Part shown: one piece after another, positions 1 to 13,138 of the stretch
Position numbering within the stretch: position 1 is the stretch's first letter
How the letters are laid out: each line of letters starts with the position of its first letter
Source of the DNA: Ruditapes philippinarum
Lineage: Eukaryota
Assembly: GCF_026571515.1 (NCBI RefSeq)
Contig: NW_026866079.1
Location: 1-64,000 of the forward strand
DNA: 64,000 nucleotides
Direction of reading: 5' to 3'
Made by a program: the position numbers and the translations under genes
Notes under the pieces: generated by a model
The model's database searches: none
The model's input: only the letters and a program-made list of their open reading frames with translations
What the model was told of the DNA's origin: nothing

Positions 1-226
1 ACCGCTAGACTGACCAACCACCGAGTGACTCTTATATACTCCCCCTAAACTTGTTTCGGGGTATAATAAGCCAATAGGCTTTATATAGTCTTAACATAAT
101 ACTTGGCCAGTGTACTTCATTGAGCTAAGGAAGAGAAACTATTCTGACCAACATAATAATTATATTGTATGTTGCATAATATTATATCAATATCTTTAAA
201 ATATAAATTTTGTTTTAAAAACATAC

Positions 227-391
227 GGCAAGAAGGTGAATCTGACCAGGCTCCACTCTGTAAACATGTCACTTCAGCTTCTCCAATCATGTGATAATAA
301 TCAGCACACTGTACAGTAACGTATGAAGTAGATCCATTAGAAGTCATGGTATATGAACTACTTGAAATCGTCGGAAACTGCTCACATAATT
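227..391 (-). CDS. Sushi/CCP-domain exon of a multi-Sushi protein
   Basis: ttctag|AA TTA TGT GAG...TCT TGC C|gtatgt; 165 bp, phase 1-1; LCEQFPTISSSSYTMTSNGSTSYVTVQCADYYHMIGEAEVTCLQSGAWSDSPSC has the 4-Cys + Trp CCP pattern. Confidence 0.92.
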
Positions 392-752
392 CTAGAATAA
401 TAATTCATAATCCTGCATTGAATGTTAAAATCAAGAACGCACAAATCGGGAGGTATATTTTGATATATTTTTATACAGAATTCTGTAATGAAAATTGAGA
501 CTTTGCAAAGATCCTGCCCTGCAGTGACAGTCAGATAGTAAAATCTTTGCACTGCCATTTGGATTATCACTGGCCATACTGGTACCAAAACAAAATCTCT
601 GCATTGACCTAGCAATAATATTCCTGACATCATTAAATTTTGCTGTGCATATGTAATAATAATTGCATAATTATGTGCTTCTTGTGCCTGACTACCTTGT
701 CTGTTTAATAGGAGAATAATGTGAAGGGTGTGAGAATCTTTAATTATAATTA

Positions 753-1052
753 CCGTAAAATTCCTCATAAACGCCCCTCCCCTAAAAAAGGCCCCCAGGC
801 CTTTTGATAAGAAAAACAATCTACTCATCAGTGCTGAACTCATGAGTAAATCCATAATTTCATTCAAATCATTCAGAATCCATTTTATTTTATAGTATGA
901 ACTTTAAAATCTTAATACTTTTTAATGTTATTACCAACACTTGCTAACACTAAATGTATTTACAATGGTTTTTGGATTTAGGAAAAACTGTGTTGTAATA
1001 TTAGCCCCCCTTTTGGAAAATGTTTAGCCCCCGTTTAATAGGAATTTTACGG
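753..1052. mobile_element. MITE with TA target-site duplication (Tc1/mariner superfamily-like)
   Basis: ta|ccgtaaaattcctcataaacg ... cgtttaataggaattttacgg|ta. Confidence 0.8.
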
Positions 1053-1157
1053 TATATACAGTCTTGCATTTTCATTTTCAAACAGAGTTGATGTATAAGG
1101 TAAGTAAACTTAACAAGAAGAATAAATGTGAAAACTTAAACTGAACATGAAACTTAC

Positions 1158-1325
1158 GGCATGTTGGTACATCAGACGACCATGAGCCATCAGAGAGGCA
1201 ATAAGACAGTTCTGCTCCCTTCATGGAAAAGCCAACATCACATGTAAATGTTGCAAATGTTTGTGCTGCATTTGATGATAACGAAATACTTCCGTTGCTT
1301 GGATCTTGTAAAGGCTGACACTCAA
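1158..1325 (-). CDS. Sushi/CCP-domain exon (not in ORF track)
   Basis: ttcaag|TT GAG TGT...ACA TGC C|gtaagt; 168 bp, phase 1-1; ECQPLQDPSNGSISLSSNAAQTFATFTCDVGFSMKGAELSYCLSDGSWSSDVPTC. Confidence 0.93.
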
Positions 1326-1636
1326 CTTGAAAAAATATATTTCTCCAGAATTATTTAGTAGGTAGAAAAGTTGTACATTTCTTAATGAATCAAAACATAT
1401 GTATCTAGATACTTGTGCAATTTTTGAAAATATGTTATCCTTGTCTTAAAATGCTTGTTAGCACTAAAATCTTTCATTACTGATATTTCTCATGAACATG
1501 TCAAAATGAGACTGTAATTTTGATATACTTCTCTTCAATTTGTTTGGAAGGAATTTTAGAAATCCAAATCCTGACTATGGAATACTTAGTATATTAAGTG
1601 AAATATATCCCTTAAGACTGGGACTAAATTTTTTAC

Positions 1637-1804
1637 CACAGGAAGGCACTGTATAGTCATATGTCCCATCGGACTGACAAGAAAGTGATGTTGCTCCTGC
1701 CGAAGTAAAACCTACATCACAAGATACTGAAACATATGTTACAACACCATCTGTTGTGATATCTAGGGAACCATTAGCTGGTGTTGTCAAAGTGTCACAG
1801 GTTA
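1637..1804 (-). CDS. Sushi/CCP-domain exon
   Basis: tttcag|TA ACC TGT...TCC TGT G|gtaaaa; 168 bp, phase 1-1; TCDTLTTPANG...SCDVGF...SCQSDGTYDYTVPSC. Confidence 0.92.
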
Positions 1805-2093
1805 CTGAAATTACAGAACAATAATATACATATTTCTATTCTTTTATTTCAAATAACAATATTTATATACCTTCATTTATATAACTTCATTTTGCAAAGG
1901 TCATTAAGTAAATGAAAGCCTGGAAGATAAATAAAATGCAGTCTAAAATAATACAGTATTGACACATTTGTCTCATTATTGTTGTTTTTATTTTATTAAT
2001 TAATTTTGTAGGATTTTATGTCAATGAAATGATCCCTTTCAAAACCAAAATAGAACTGCATTTAATGTTAAATGATGCCAGGATAATCTCCAG

Positions 2094-2537
2094 GCCCCGT
2101 GTTCACTAAGAAAAGATCAGGATCAGGATCAAGTGATCCTGATTTTATTTTCATTGTTTAATGTTACTAAAAGTATTTGTGTTTTGTTGAATTAAATTGT
2201 AAATATTCAAAATGTAAAAGTATGCTGATTTGCAACGAAAAAAAACTATTTTGGGATAAAATCAACAAATAACAAAACAAATACAAAAATATTTGGATCA
2301 AAATAAGGATCAATTTTAGGATCAGGATCAATATTTGGATCAACTGTAAAATGCCCATATCTTACAAAATTAACAATTAATTTATTCTAAAATTTCATAT
2401 ACTTGCTATTTCAAGTCCAGTTTTATCATATTTATAATCAGATATTTATCTATGAGGATAAACAATGAAGAATATCAGGGTTTTTATATTTGATCCTGAT
2501 CTTGATCCTGATCCTTAAATCTTTGTGAACACCGGGC
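2094..2537. mobile_element. MITE with 3-bp TSD (CAG), PIF/Harbinger-like
   Basis: cag|gccccgtgttcactaag ... ctttgtgaacaccgggc|cag; internal inverted GATCAG repeats. Confidence 0.75.
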
Positions 2538-2574
2538 CAGTACTCAATAAAGTACCATCATCTTGTGTTGACTT

Positions 2575-2790
2575 TTTTTAAGGTTGGCTTTTACATCACA
2601 TCAACACAGTCTAGATCATATTGCAACTTTTCAGCTTTATTGGTGGAGAAAGACCTCAGGCGCTCTTCATTATTTCAGGCAGGAATGGGCACCTGAGTAG
2701 AACCACCAATGTCCAGAAGCTAAAGCTGTATAGCTTCCTCACATTAAAGAATTCAAAGTCCCTGTCGGGATCTTGTCGGCAGGATGGGAA
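2575..2790 (-). mobile_element. tRNA-derived SINE fragment, core and tail (family 1)
   Basis: Shares the core (ggtggagaagacc...gagtagaaccacc...agcttcctcaca) with copies near 7680, 12865, 20530 and 37490. Confidence 0.7.
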
Positions 2791-3468
2791 ATCATGACAG
2801 TCAAGGTCAAAAGTTCAAACACACTGTCCTTAATTACACTGTCCCTGGAGCACTTAACAAAATCTTTTTAATGTGTGTTTTACTTCTTGTATCATAAGTC
2901 AGAGAGATGATGAACAAATCATTTGTATTGGCTTTTTTACAGAGCAGTTGTGCTTTCAAACTAAAGCCAACCTTAGAGAAAAATAATTGCCACTTTCAAT
3001 TCATACACTTATGTTTGGTAAGGTAGGTCTGCAATTTCTTTTGTCTGTCAAACAACTTAACTTAAGGTTAAAGAATACTGGTTGTTTGAACTAAAGTGAC
3101 ATTATGCCAATCCAAGGGGATATTGTGAGTGTACAGGTAAAAATCAAAAAAAGTTTACATTTTGCTTTAATTCCTTTCAATTTTATAATTTACTTCTCAT
3201 GAACAATAGATAATTCACATTGCCAAAGGAAATGTCTACAAATATCCATCTGCATTTCCCTGTAAGTGAAATTAATAAAAATAGTGGGGCAATCTTTTTA
3301 TATTTTAGACTGATTTATATTTTATCCCAAACATTTTCCAATTTAAATTGTTAGTCAATTACCATCAAAACAGTCAATCTGCAGAAATTTATTGTCAATT
3401 CAGCTCACTTTGACAATGAAAAGATTAGCATGATTTTACTTAAAATTGTAAATATCGTAAAATGTTAC

Positions 3469-3630
3469 CACATTGTGGAGTTGTTCCATTCCAACCAGAT
3501 GCATCAGCCGCACAATATCGTTGAATATTACCATTAAGTGTATACCCGACTTCACAGCTGTATGTTGCTATGGACTGGTCAGTTGATATGGTAAATGAAC
3601 CATGGGAAATTGATGATGGTGTGTCACACA
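3469..3630 (-). CDS. Sushi/CCP-domain exon
   Basis: catcag|TG TGT GAC...CAA TGT G|gtaaca; 162 bp, phase 1-1; CDTPSSISHG...YSCEVGYTLNG...CAADASGWNGTTPQC. Confidence 0.92.
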
Positions 3631-3656
3631 CTGATGATAATAAAATTTATGTTTTA

Positions 3657-4600
3657 ACTAGAAATGTGTCCAATAGGACACAGGTGACCCCTGGCTCAGA
3701 CTCAACCGATTTGTCAATCTTGTGTCTCAAGGTCAAATTTTTTTTTATGCCCAAGTTGAAAAACTAAAAATCTTTCATTAAGTAAAGGGCAAATACTACA
3801 AATACTGAATAGATCCACAAAAAAACCCCAAGGTGCATAAGTACACATGCTGACCAACATTCTTGTAAACTTTCAGGCCTACACTGGTCAAATACTTTTT
3901 GAGTTACGTGCAACACATGTTGAATATTGTAAATTTTTCTAAGTCAAGGGCAATAACTTTAAAAATACTAAAAATATCCGCACGAAAATACCCAGGTGCA
4001 CAACTACACATGCTGATCAACATTCTCGTAAGGTTTCATGACTCTAGGTCAAATAGTTTTTGAGTTACATGCGACACAAGTTGAAAATTGGAAATTTTTA
4101 CAAAGTCAAGAGCAATAACTCTAAAAATACTAAGTATATCCACCTGAAAATACCCAGGTGCACAACTGCACATGCTGATCAACATTCTTGCAAGGTTCCA
4201 TGACTCTAGGTCAAATACTTTTTTAGTGACGTGCGACACAAGTTGAAAATTGGAAAGTTTTACTAATTCAAGGGCATTAACTCTAAAATTACTAATAATA
4301 TACAAATGAAAATACCCAGGTGCACAACTACACATGTTGATCAACATTCCTGTAAGGTTTCATGACTCTAGGTCAAATATTTTTTGAGTAACTTTAGATA
4401 GAGTTATGGTTCTTGTGCACTGCACTTCCTCTTATTGTGCTTGACCATTTTATGAAGTTGTTTTGAATTCCAACCTATACTTTTCAAGTTATGCTCCGGA
4501 CATGGAAAAGCAACAAAGGAAATAACTCTGTAATTACTAAAGATGGAGTTATTGTTCTTGTACACTGCACTTCCTCTCAAATGTGCTTGACCATTCTAAA
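3657..4600 (+). mobile_element. Non-autonomous element with internal ~158-bp tandem repeats (Helitron/Helentron-associated type)
   Basis: Starts aactagaaatgtgtc, like 21063; about 4 units of tgctgatcaacattc...catgactctaggtcaaata, then a second unit type. Confidence 0.7.
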
Positions 4601-5363
4601 TATATTTTCCCTTTAAAAACAAGGAAAAACTTTTTAGGGGATTAATTAAATTAAAACAATGAAACAAAAAAATCACAAAGTATTTTTAAATTTCCCGTGT
4701 CAAAATGTTTCCCAAATATTTCTCTTTTACAGATTAACATTTAAAATTTAAAATAAAACAGAAAAAACACTTTAAAGTAAAAAGAATAAGGAAGATAACA
4801 CTGAAGTGGAAAATCATTGTTTTAAAATTTTTGGGGCACTCAGAAAGTGAGTGTTAAAATAAGAGTCCCCAATTTTTATGTTTAAGTAAAATGTGTTTTG
4901 TAAGACGCCCCGAATTGTTGAAATATCATCCTGCTACATGTATATAAAACTGAGAGGAAAAAATAAACTGAAATATTTTTGTCTTGATTTTTAATTTGAT
5001 GTTAAACTACTTTATTGAAAATGCCAAATTTCAAATTTTCACTGAACAAAGACATGTCTATGAAAACTGTAAAAAAAAAATCCGTGGGGAAACTTTAAAA
5101 TAAAGCTTTTACGTGGGAGTGCAAACAGAAAAAAAAATTAACCAAAGAATTTTTGTACATTCGGGTAATTTTGAAGATTTTTTAAGTAAACAAAATAAAT
5201 ATACTTTAATGATTTACAAAAAATTTTCATTTTGAGAATCTTTAAGAAAAAAACTAAAAGTTCCCAAAAAATTTCTACTATATTTGGAAATGTTTATGCA
5301 CGGCTGTCATATTCACATGTATATAAACTCTATAAGTAAGGTATTATGTTTAAGCAAACATAC

Positions 5364-5531
5364 CGCATATTGGGGTGGTAGAGTTCCATAAACCATTATC
5401 CATGCAAGCACTTAAGGCATCTCCGACAACATGATAGCCTGTTGCACAGGTAAAAACAGCTGTACTTACAACACCATCTGTTGTGATACTGACAGAACCA
5501 CTGTCTGGATCAACCACTAGCGGACATTGAA
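5364..5531 (-). CDS. Sushi/CCP-domain exon (not in ORF track)
   Basis: tcacag|TT CAA TGT...ATA TGC G|gtatgt; 168 bp, phase 1-1; QCPLVVDPDSGSVSITTDGVVSTAVFTCATGYHVVGDALSACMDNGLWNSTTPIC. Confidence 0.93.
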
Positions 5532-6145
5532 CTGTGAATGATATTTATTGAACCTATAATACTTAAATATTTAATGAATACAAAGTATTGAATACAAAGA
5601 TTTTTGCATTTTTTTTTTTTCAGTCAAAAAATGACTGTTTTTTCATTAGAAAATTTATATAATAATGATATTTATTGAACAGGACACTGTGTTTAAACAT
5701 TTAGCATATTTAGAGATTTCATTGTTGTTTCTGACATGTCAATTTATAAAATGATATAGATCTAATTGAAAGCATATTTAGAAAACTTATATTCCTTTAG
5801 CTAAAGTTCCAGTGTTCAAAAAAACCACCCTTCATGATATACACTGCATGGGTCCTGAATTTTGCTATTGACAATTTTTTCCTCTAACCATAAGGTGTGG
5901 CCTTGACCGTTGGCCTATTTACTTATTTTATGCCTAATAATAGTAAACACTTTTTATCAAGTAATTATAAAATCGCTTTATGCACTAAGATGACATACCC
6001 CTGTCAAAATATAGACATTTTGTCATCTCTAGTGACCTTGACCTTGGCCAAAGCAACCTGCATTGTGTATGCAACTGGTTGTGTTGCTGACCAAGATCCT
6101 TCTAAAGGGTAATCATTTTAGATAAACATGTATATATTTACATAC

Positions 6146-6313
6146 CACATTTTGGTTGTGACTTTGACCAAGATCCTAAAGAAGAGCATGTTGCACTAGA
6201 TGAACCTGATAAACTGTAACCTTCATCACATTCATATGTTACTTGTGTAGTTTCTCCATCTGTACTGTAACTGTATGAGCCACCATCTATGACCAATAAA
6301 TTGTCACAAAGTA
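6146..6313 (-). CDS. Sushi/CCP-domain exon
   Basis: ttacag|TA CTT TGT...AAA TGT G|gtatgt; 168 bp, phase 1-1; LCDNLLVIDGG...YECDEGYSLSG...CSSLGSWSKSQPKC. Confidence 0.93.
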
Positions 6314-6384
6314 CTGTAATATGAAAAACAATGTTAAACATAAAATCTTTCTTCTGCAAAATTACTGTTAAAACAACATATCTT

Positions 6385-7468
6385 TGTAAAACATGTATGC
6401 CCCCTATCAGCAGCCAATTAGTCATGTGGCCAGTTTATTGTGAGTGTGTTTTGACCTAGTGACCAAAAAATCAACAGGGGTTAGCTACTGGTCATGACTA
6501 GTCAGAAGGTCATTGAGAACGTAAAGGTTTTGTGCAGCAATTTTATGACAAAGTTTTCATAAATCCTACCAAATAATATATGCATAAATTTAAAAAATCA
6601 TGGACAGCCAATTTGTTTTATTACATTAAACCTTAAAATGTGTATATAAAATAAATCAACCAAGGCAACTTGAGTTGTTGAGTTATTGGTCAGAAACAGT
6701 TTTTTCATACAAGATTAATGTGACTTTGATCTTTGACCCTTAAATCAATAAGGGTTATATACTTGCCAAGACCTATGCACCTGTGAAGTTTGAAGATAAT
6801 GGGCCCATGAGCTGTTGAGATTTTCATTAGAAACTGTTTTTACCTATGAGGTCAAAGTGAACCTCTGACCCCTTGACCCAAAAAATCCATTGAAGTCATC
6901 TTCTGACCATAAGCAATTCTTTGTGAAGTTTGATGGTCAAGGGTCCATAGGTTGTTAAGTTATTGATAGGAAACTGCTTTGACATACAATGTCAATGTGA
7001 ACTCCTTAATCATTGACCCCTGACCCCAAAATCAATAAGGGTCATCTACTAGCCAAGACCAATGCACCTATGCAGTTTGCAGGAAAAGGGCCCCTGGGTT
7101 GTTAAGTTATTGATCAGAAACCGTTTTTACCTACAAGGTCAATATGACCTTGGCCTTTGACCCCAAAATTAATAGGGGTCATCTACAGGCCAAGACCAAT
7201 GCAACTGTGAAGTTTGAAGGTCAAAGTCCCATGAGTTGTTATTAATTGGAAACCATTTTGACATTCAAGTCAATTTGGCCTTGACCTTTGACCTGGAGCC
7301 TGAAAACAATAGGGGTCATTTTCTGGTCATGAACAATCCCCATACCATGTTTGAAGTTCCTAGGCCTATTTAGCGTTCATTAGTTGTTGATCGGAAACCA
7401 TTTGGTCTATGGACAGACAGATGCAAAGCAATATAACCCCACTTCTTTGATATAGGGGGCACAAAAAT
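6385..7468 (+). mobile_element. Non-autonomous element with ~150-bp internal tandem repeats
   Basis: Repeated tgaccccaaaatcaataggggtcatc units; gacagacag microsatellite; 3' ataacccc...gggggcacaaaaa end. Confidence 0.7.
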
Positions 7469-7679
7469 TAGATGCTGTTTATGTAACCTGCATTACCAGC
7501 CTTGGCTACTATTTTGAGTGTCATTCCCACAATATTATATACTTTAGATAAAAAATATCTCTCAATTCTATCAACTATATGACAGCTGATTTAAAGCTTC
7601 CTAATATTGATGCTATATGGCAAAGTTTTTCTTTACACCTGTAAAATAACTTCAACAACTAACCTAAATCATCTGTTTA

Positions 7680-7872
7680 CTTTACTGGTGGACCTCAGAT
7701 GCCCCACCTTGCATTATTTCAGACACAAACAAGCACCTGAATAGAACCAGACTTTCAGTAAGCTAGATGGATAGCTTCCTCACATGAAAGAATCAAATGT
7801 CCTTATCAGGCTTTGAACCCACAGAAGTGAGGGGCAAGCTGTTTGAAGTCAACGACCTTTACCACTCGACCA
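7680..7872 (-). mobile_element. tRNA-derived SINE (family 1)
   Basis: Reverse strand gtggtcgagtggtaaagg (A box) ... gggttcaaagcc (B box), followed by the shared core. Confidence 0.75.
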
Positions 7873-8930
7873 CAGAATGTATTTCTCAGCAGAAGTTGCA
7901 CTGTATTTTATCAATCTCAATCACTTTTGAGATCACACATCCACCCAGTAACGCACCTGATCTGAACCATTTGGCCATTTATGCATTTTCATCATTCTCT
8001 AGATCATATCTTAGGTTTTTACATGCTATAAGTGATGACTTTAAAGACTGACCAGTCTATTACTAATGAGCCAGCTTCCTCTGATCCCAAAAGTGATTGT
8101 AGTTGATAATTTATTAATAATATATTTATCAAGCTTCAAATTCCTAATGTCTCAGTAAGTCTTCTTATTATTCCGCCAAAAACCATAATAAAACCTTAAC
8201 AATGTGAAGCTAAAAACAATGTTTTTAATACAAGTTGGATAGTCTTACTCACAACATATAAATTCAATAGTTTTTCCCACAAAAGGCACTTGTATAAACT
8301 AAATAAATAATTGACATCTTTCCGGTTTGAACATGCTACTTTACAATCATACAATGTAATCAGTGTTAACAAGGAATTAAATATCAATATCAAAGTCCAC
8401 ATATCCAATATCAATAGCAAAATATTAAGAGACAAGTTGAGGATTAAGATTTCAAGGTACAATATTTTTATTAAATATCTTAATGTCTACAAAAATTACT
8501 CTCTAACAAATACAACTTAGTGAGCATTATTATTTTATTATGCTTTTTTTAAAAAAAGGAAGTTAAATATATTTTGATACACAAAGTCATGGGTCCATTG
8601 GGTTGGAAACAATTTTGACAACAGGTCTACAAGGATTCAGGATAAAAAATTAGTTTTCTTTTTAATTTTGTCCTCTTTATTGATATGAAAGTAAAAAAGA
8701 AAAAAACTGATTAAGTAAAATTGGTATGGTGAAGAAACACCTAAAAGTTATCAGTGGTGGTTTAAGTAAGCATAAATTGAACAAAGAAATATAAACAAAA
8801 CTATCAACATGGACAATGTTTTAAAAAAAACAAGGTCACAGTTACCTTGACCTTTGACCGCTCCACCCAAAATTCATTAAGATTCATGTGGAATTTGAGG
8901 GCCAAGAGCCAAAGGGTTGTGATGTTAGTA

Positions 8931-9456
8931 CAGTAAACTCTGCTTATAACAAACTCATTGGGACATTCAAAATCTGTTCCTTATATCTGGAGTTCCTTGT
9001 ATGCATATATAGCAAATTAGTTCCTTATATCAGGAGTTTTTATAGCAAACAGATTTACATATAACAAACTGATTGTGTATCACTGTCCTCCATTCTGAAG
9101 AGCATTTGGTTAAGAAAAATAAACTCATTTGGACTCATCATTGTTGTCTCCCTTATATTGATTAAGTAAAGAATAAAAAAGAAAAAAATGCAATGTTTTT
9201 TGGATTTTTTTAAATATATCTATCTACAGATAGTCAGTATTTTGGAGTTTCTTATAAAAGTGTAATTTCCTGTACTTTTAACTTTATAGGGACTTAATAC
9301 TGAGTTCCATATAAGCACTAATTCCTTATAAGCGCGTTTACTATACAACTGTTTTTTTTTATATCAAATAAAGAATGGCAAAATTTGGGCAAAAATAATT
9401 GTTTCTTATTACCGTAAGTTCACTATAACCATATCAGCTATAAGTGAAGTTTACTG
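8931..9456. mobile_element. pogo/Tigger-like MITE
   Basis: ta|cagtaaactctgcttataac ... gctataagtgaagtttactg|ta. Confidence 0.8.
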
Positions 9457-9699
9457 TAGTCAAAAACCAAGGGCCCATTAATTGTTGAGTTATTAGTCAA
9501 AAACTGTTTTGACAGCAGTCAATGTGATCTTAACCTTTGACACTGCAACCAGAAAATCAAAAGAGGTCACATAAGAAATTAATTACACTTTGCCATTGTT
9601 TCAAATCATCTTTGAATCTTGAGTTTTATGTATTCACTAAAGGACATTTGACAAACATGTAATACATATAAATCTATTATAATACATTTTAGGTAAAAC

Positions 9700-11450
9700 T
9701 AGACAGTCTCAGGAAAGAAAGCATCAAAAAAGTTTTCATCATCTACAACATCCATGGCATCAGATGAAGATCTTCAAATTTACTGCCAGCCTTGTGACAA
9801 GAAAGGAACTAGACATCCTACCCATGGTTACTGTACTGACTGCAAGGAGCACCTTTGCGAGACATGCTTTCAAGCCCATAAAATAAACAAGTTTACCAAA
9901 AGGCATACATTTCTGGATGCAACAAGTATGGCTAAAGTTTTGCAGCAACTCTCAACACCCACCCACACAGGCCAGTCTGATGTCCTGACCTCACCATGCC
10001 ATAAACATCCACAAGAAATGATCAAATTCTACTGCAATGATCATACAGAATTACTCTGCAGTGTTTGTGTTACCCTTGAGCATCAAGTTACATCCTGCAA
10101 AGTCAACTATATACCAGACATTTCTGGTGATATAATAGACAGCAAAGAATATCAAGTTATCTTGAATGCAGTAAATACCACTTCTGACAAATTTCAACAG
10201 ATATTTAAAGATGTTAAGGACATGACACACAAATCAAACAGCTCTCTCAAAGATGCATTAATTGACATTAAAAAGTTCCGCCAAGAAATCAACCAAAGAC
10301 TAGATGAACTGGAGAGACAGGTTGAAGATGCAGCTAAAGTCATAAAACAAGAAAACAAAAAACATCTAAAAGCAGCAGAAGAAATATGTGAAGATATAAC
10401 CAAATCTTTGAAGAAATCATCAGACAAAATCAAACAACTTAACACAACAAAACAAGCTGAAAAACTCTTCATTGATTTAAAACTTGCAGAGAAAACAATC
10501 AAAGATATGGAGGAAAAACTACAAACCTGTCATCATTTGATATCAAAGAGCACAACTTTCAATCAAATGATGTAATATTAAATTTGCTTAAAACAAAGAA
10601 GTCACTGGGTGCATTGACACAGAAAGCTTTTAATAAAGAATGTCAATCTGTACAAATAAAGTCTAGACACTTTTCATGTCAAGGAGAAATTTGTGTGATG
10701 GCATCAAAAGATAAAATAACATGCTATATAACAGGAATGACTCTGCTGACTCCTGATCTTCTTATCATCACTGACTACTTTAACAATGCTGTAAAGATGG
10801 TGGACACCAGCAGTCAATCTGTGTCTGATCAACTACAACTAGATGCTGGACCACAGGATATCACTAGATTCACCAGTTCTGAACTTGCTGTCATACTTCC
10901 AGACATACAAACAATACAATTTATATCAATCTCATCAAACAAACTCATAAAGAAGCACACTATAAAGGTTGGTGGAGAATGTCGTAGTATAAGCTGTTAC
11001 CAAGGTAAACTTGTTGTGTCATTACGATCTCCTGCAAAACTTCAGATCCTTGATATGAATGGCACTATACTGACAACAATTGATGGAAAAAATATTTTCA
11101 AAGATCCATGGTATATCACATGTAACAGAAGTTCTATCTATGTATCTGACTGTGACATGAAGACAATAACAAAATTAAACTGGCAAGGTGAAGTGATTGG
11201 TAGTTATAGTGGTATGGGTTACCCTACAGGAATGTCACTGTCAGATGATGGTACTGTCTTTGTGTGTGATAATGGAAACTGTGTTATAGAAGAGATATCA
11301 GGAAACTGTTCTACAGGAAAGGTGGTGCTGCAGGATCTGAAAAGACCATGGGCTGTATGTTGGTGTGGAAAAACAAAGAAGCTGTATTATAGCTGCTATG
11401 CTTGGGGTGAAAAATATGGCAACTACCTTCACATCTATAACCTGTCATAG
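9700..11450 (+). pseudogene. B-box/coiled-coil/beta-propeller (RING-less TRIM-like) copy 1, frameshifted
   Basis: Near-identical to 16833-18584; the first ATG is TAG at 9700; a 1-nt deletion near 10523 splits it into ORFs 9754-10575 and 10584-11450. Confidence 0.85.
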
Positions 11451-11856
11451 AACTGAACAGAGACTTAAACAGAGTTGATCACAGTTCTTTAATGAGGGAC
11501 AGTAGTGAATAACCTCCCCTGAGTACTCCCTATAAATAGATAGGTCCTAAGCTATTGGATTACTCGGACTTTATCGCCTATTTCTTTGTAGCAAACTGAA
11601 TTAATTAGGGCTAATTATGATCATTTGTAATATTCAGATTAGATATTGCGATAAGATGTAGAATCTGTTGACATAAATTAATCATTTTTTCCTTAAGGTT
11701 TACATATTTGTTGATGCATGTGTAAATAATTGATTAAGACATATCAACATGTCTTAAAGTGAAAGCATGATGAAAACTTAGCAAGATACTTTTATGCTAG
11801 ATATTTTTTTTAATTCTTAAATGTTTAGTAAAATCTTTGAAAACTTAGCAAGATAC

Positions 11857-12142
11857 TTTTATGTCAGAACATATTTTCATCTTTAAATGTTTAGTATAAT
11901 TTTATGTTATCAAGATGAATGATTTAATCTATTGCATTTTTATAAATGGTTCTTTTATGTCAGAACATATTTTCATCTTTAAATGTTTAGTAAACTTTTA
12001 TGTTATCAAGATGAATGATTTAATCTATTGCATTTTTATAAATGGTTCTTTTATGTCAGAACATATTTTCATCTTTAAATGTTTAGTAAAATTTTATGTT
12101 ATCAAGATGAATGATTTAATCTATTGCATTTTTATAAATGGT
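11857..12142 (+). repeat. 96-bp tandem triplication downstream of TRIM-like copy 1
   Basis: atgtcagaacatattttc at 11861, 11957 and 12053; single copy in the paralogous flanks. Confidence 0.9.
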
Positions 12143-12864
12143 TTGATGAGAAACTAGGAAACTTCTAGGGTGATGCTGAGAATAAACTGAATAACGAAGT
12201 CTGATATGGGCAATTACTATCAATGACGATGTTTATAGATATTTAATGTTGAAAATGGTCATAACTCCTAAAAATATTTCTTTTTGGATAAGATTTATGT
12301 TGAATTTTTTATAGCCTTAAAATCATACTAACTTAATAAGCAATTTTGACAAAAGTTTAACAAAAAGGGGCATAACTACAAAATGTAGCTTTGAGTATAA
12401 TGCATTTCTAATAATAACTAGTCTATTAACTGTATCTTCATAACAAGTTGACAACATTGTGCATCAAATGAAACAGTTCTTTTTTTCAAATCAGACACAC
12501 TAAAAATGACAACTTTGTGTCCATTTATATGTAATAGGTTGCATCAATTATAACATTTAAAACTAAGATTTAAAAATTTCTATATTTTTATTTTACATAA
12601 TAATATGATACATATGGTGTTCTTGTTTTTTCTTTTGTTATTATCAAATGCACTTAATATTTTATGTAACCTGTCCTGTTTCTATTCATATTTTGTACTA
12701 TAAGCATTTTGTAACATTTTAAAATTATTCAGATTGCATCAATAAAAGTCATTTCTCTGACTACTTAGTACCAATAAATTATTGTTGTTTTGGGCATATA
12801 TTTTGCATGATTATGTACTTTTCAGGGTGTAATTCATTCAGCTTTTGGATTGACAGTCTGATGC

Positions 12865-13138
12865 ATACTTTTTTTACATCACACTAATACAGTATAGGTT
12901 ATATGGTGACATTTCAGCTTTTCTGGTCAGTGGTGTAGGAAAACATCAGGTACCCTTCTATGCATTATATCTGGCACTAATAGGCACCTTAGTAAAACCA
13001 CTGACATTCTGTTAAAGCAGCTTGATAACTTCCTCACACAAAATAATCCAAAGTCCCAACTGGGATTCGAACCAAAAGCCTTCAGGGGCAAGTGGTTTAA
13101 AGTTAACAACCTAAACCACTGGACCATAGAGTCGTCCC
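12865..13138 (-). mobile_element. tRNA-derived SINE (family 1), co-duplicated at 20530-20797 and 37490-37750
   Basis: Reverse strand tggtccagtggtttagg ... ggttcgaatccc A and B boxes; same position in three duplicated blocks. Confidence 0.8.

Noticed and set aside
382-867. 161-aa minus-strand ORF and similar short ORFs in repeats (4036-4347, 30958-31329, 53428-53679)
   Set aside because: They cross intron or MITE boundaries or translate tandem-repeat units; no domain signal.
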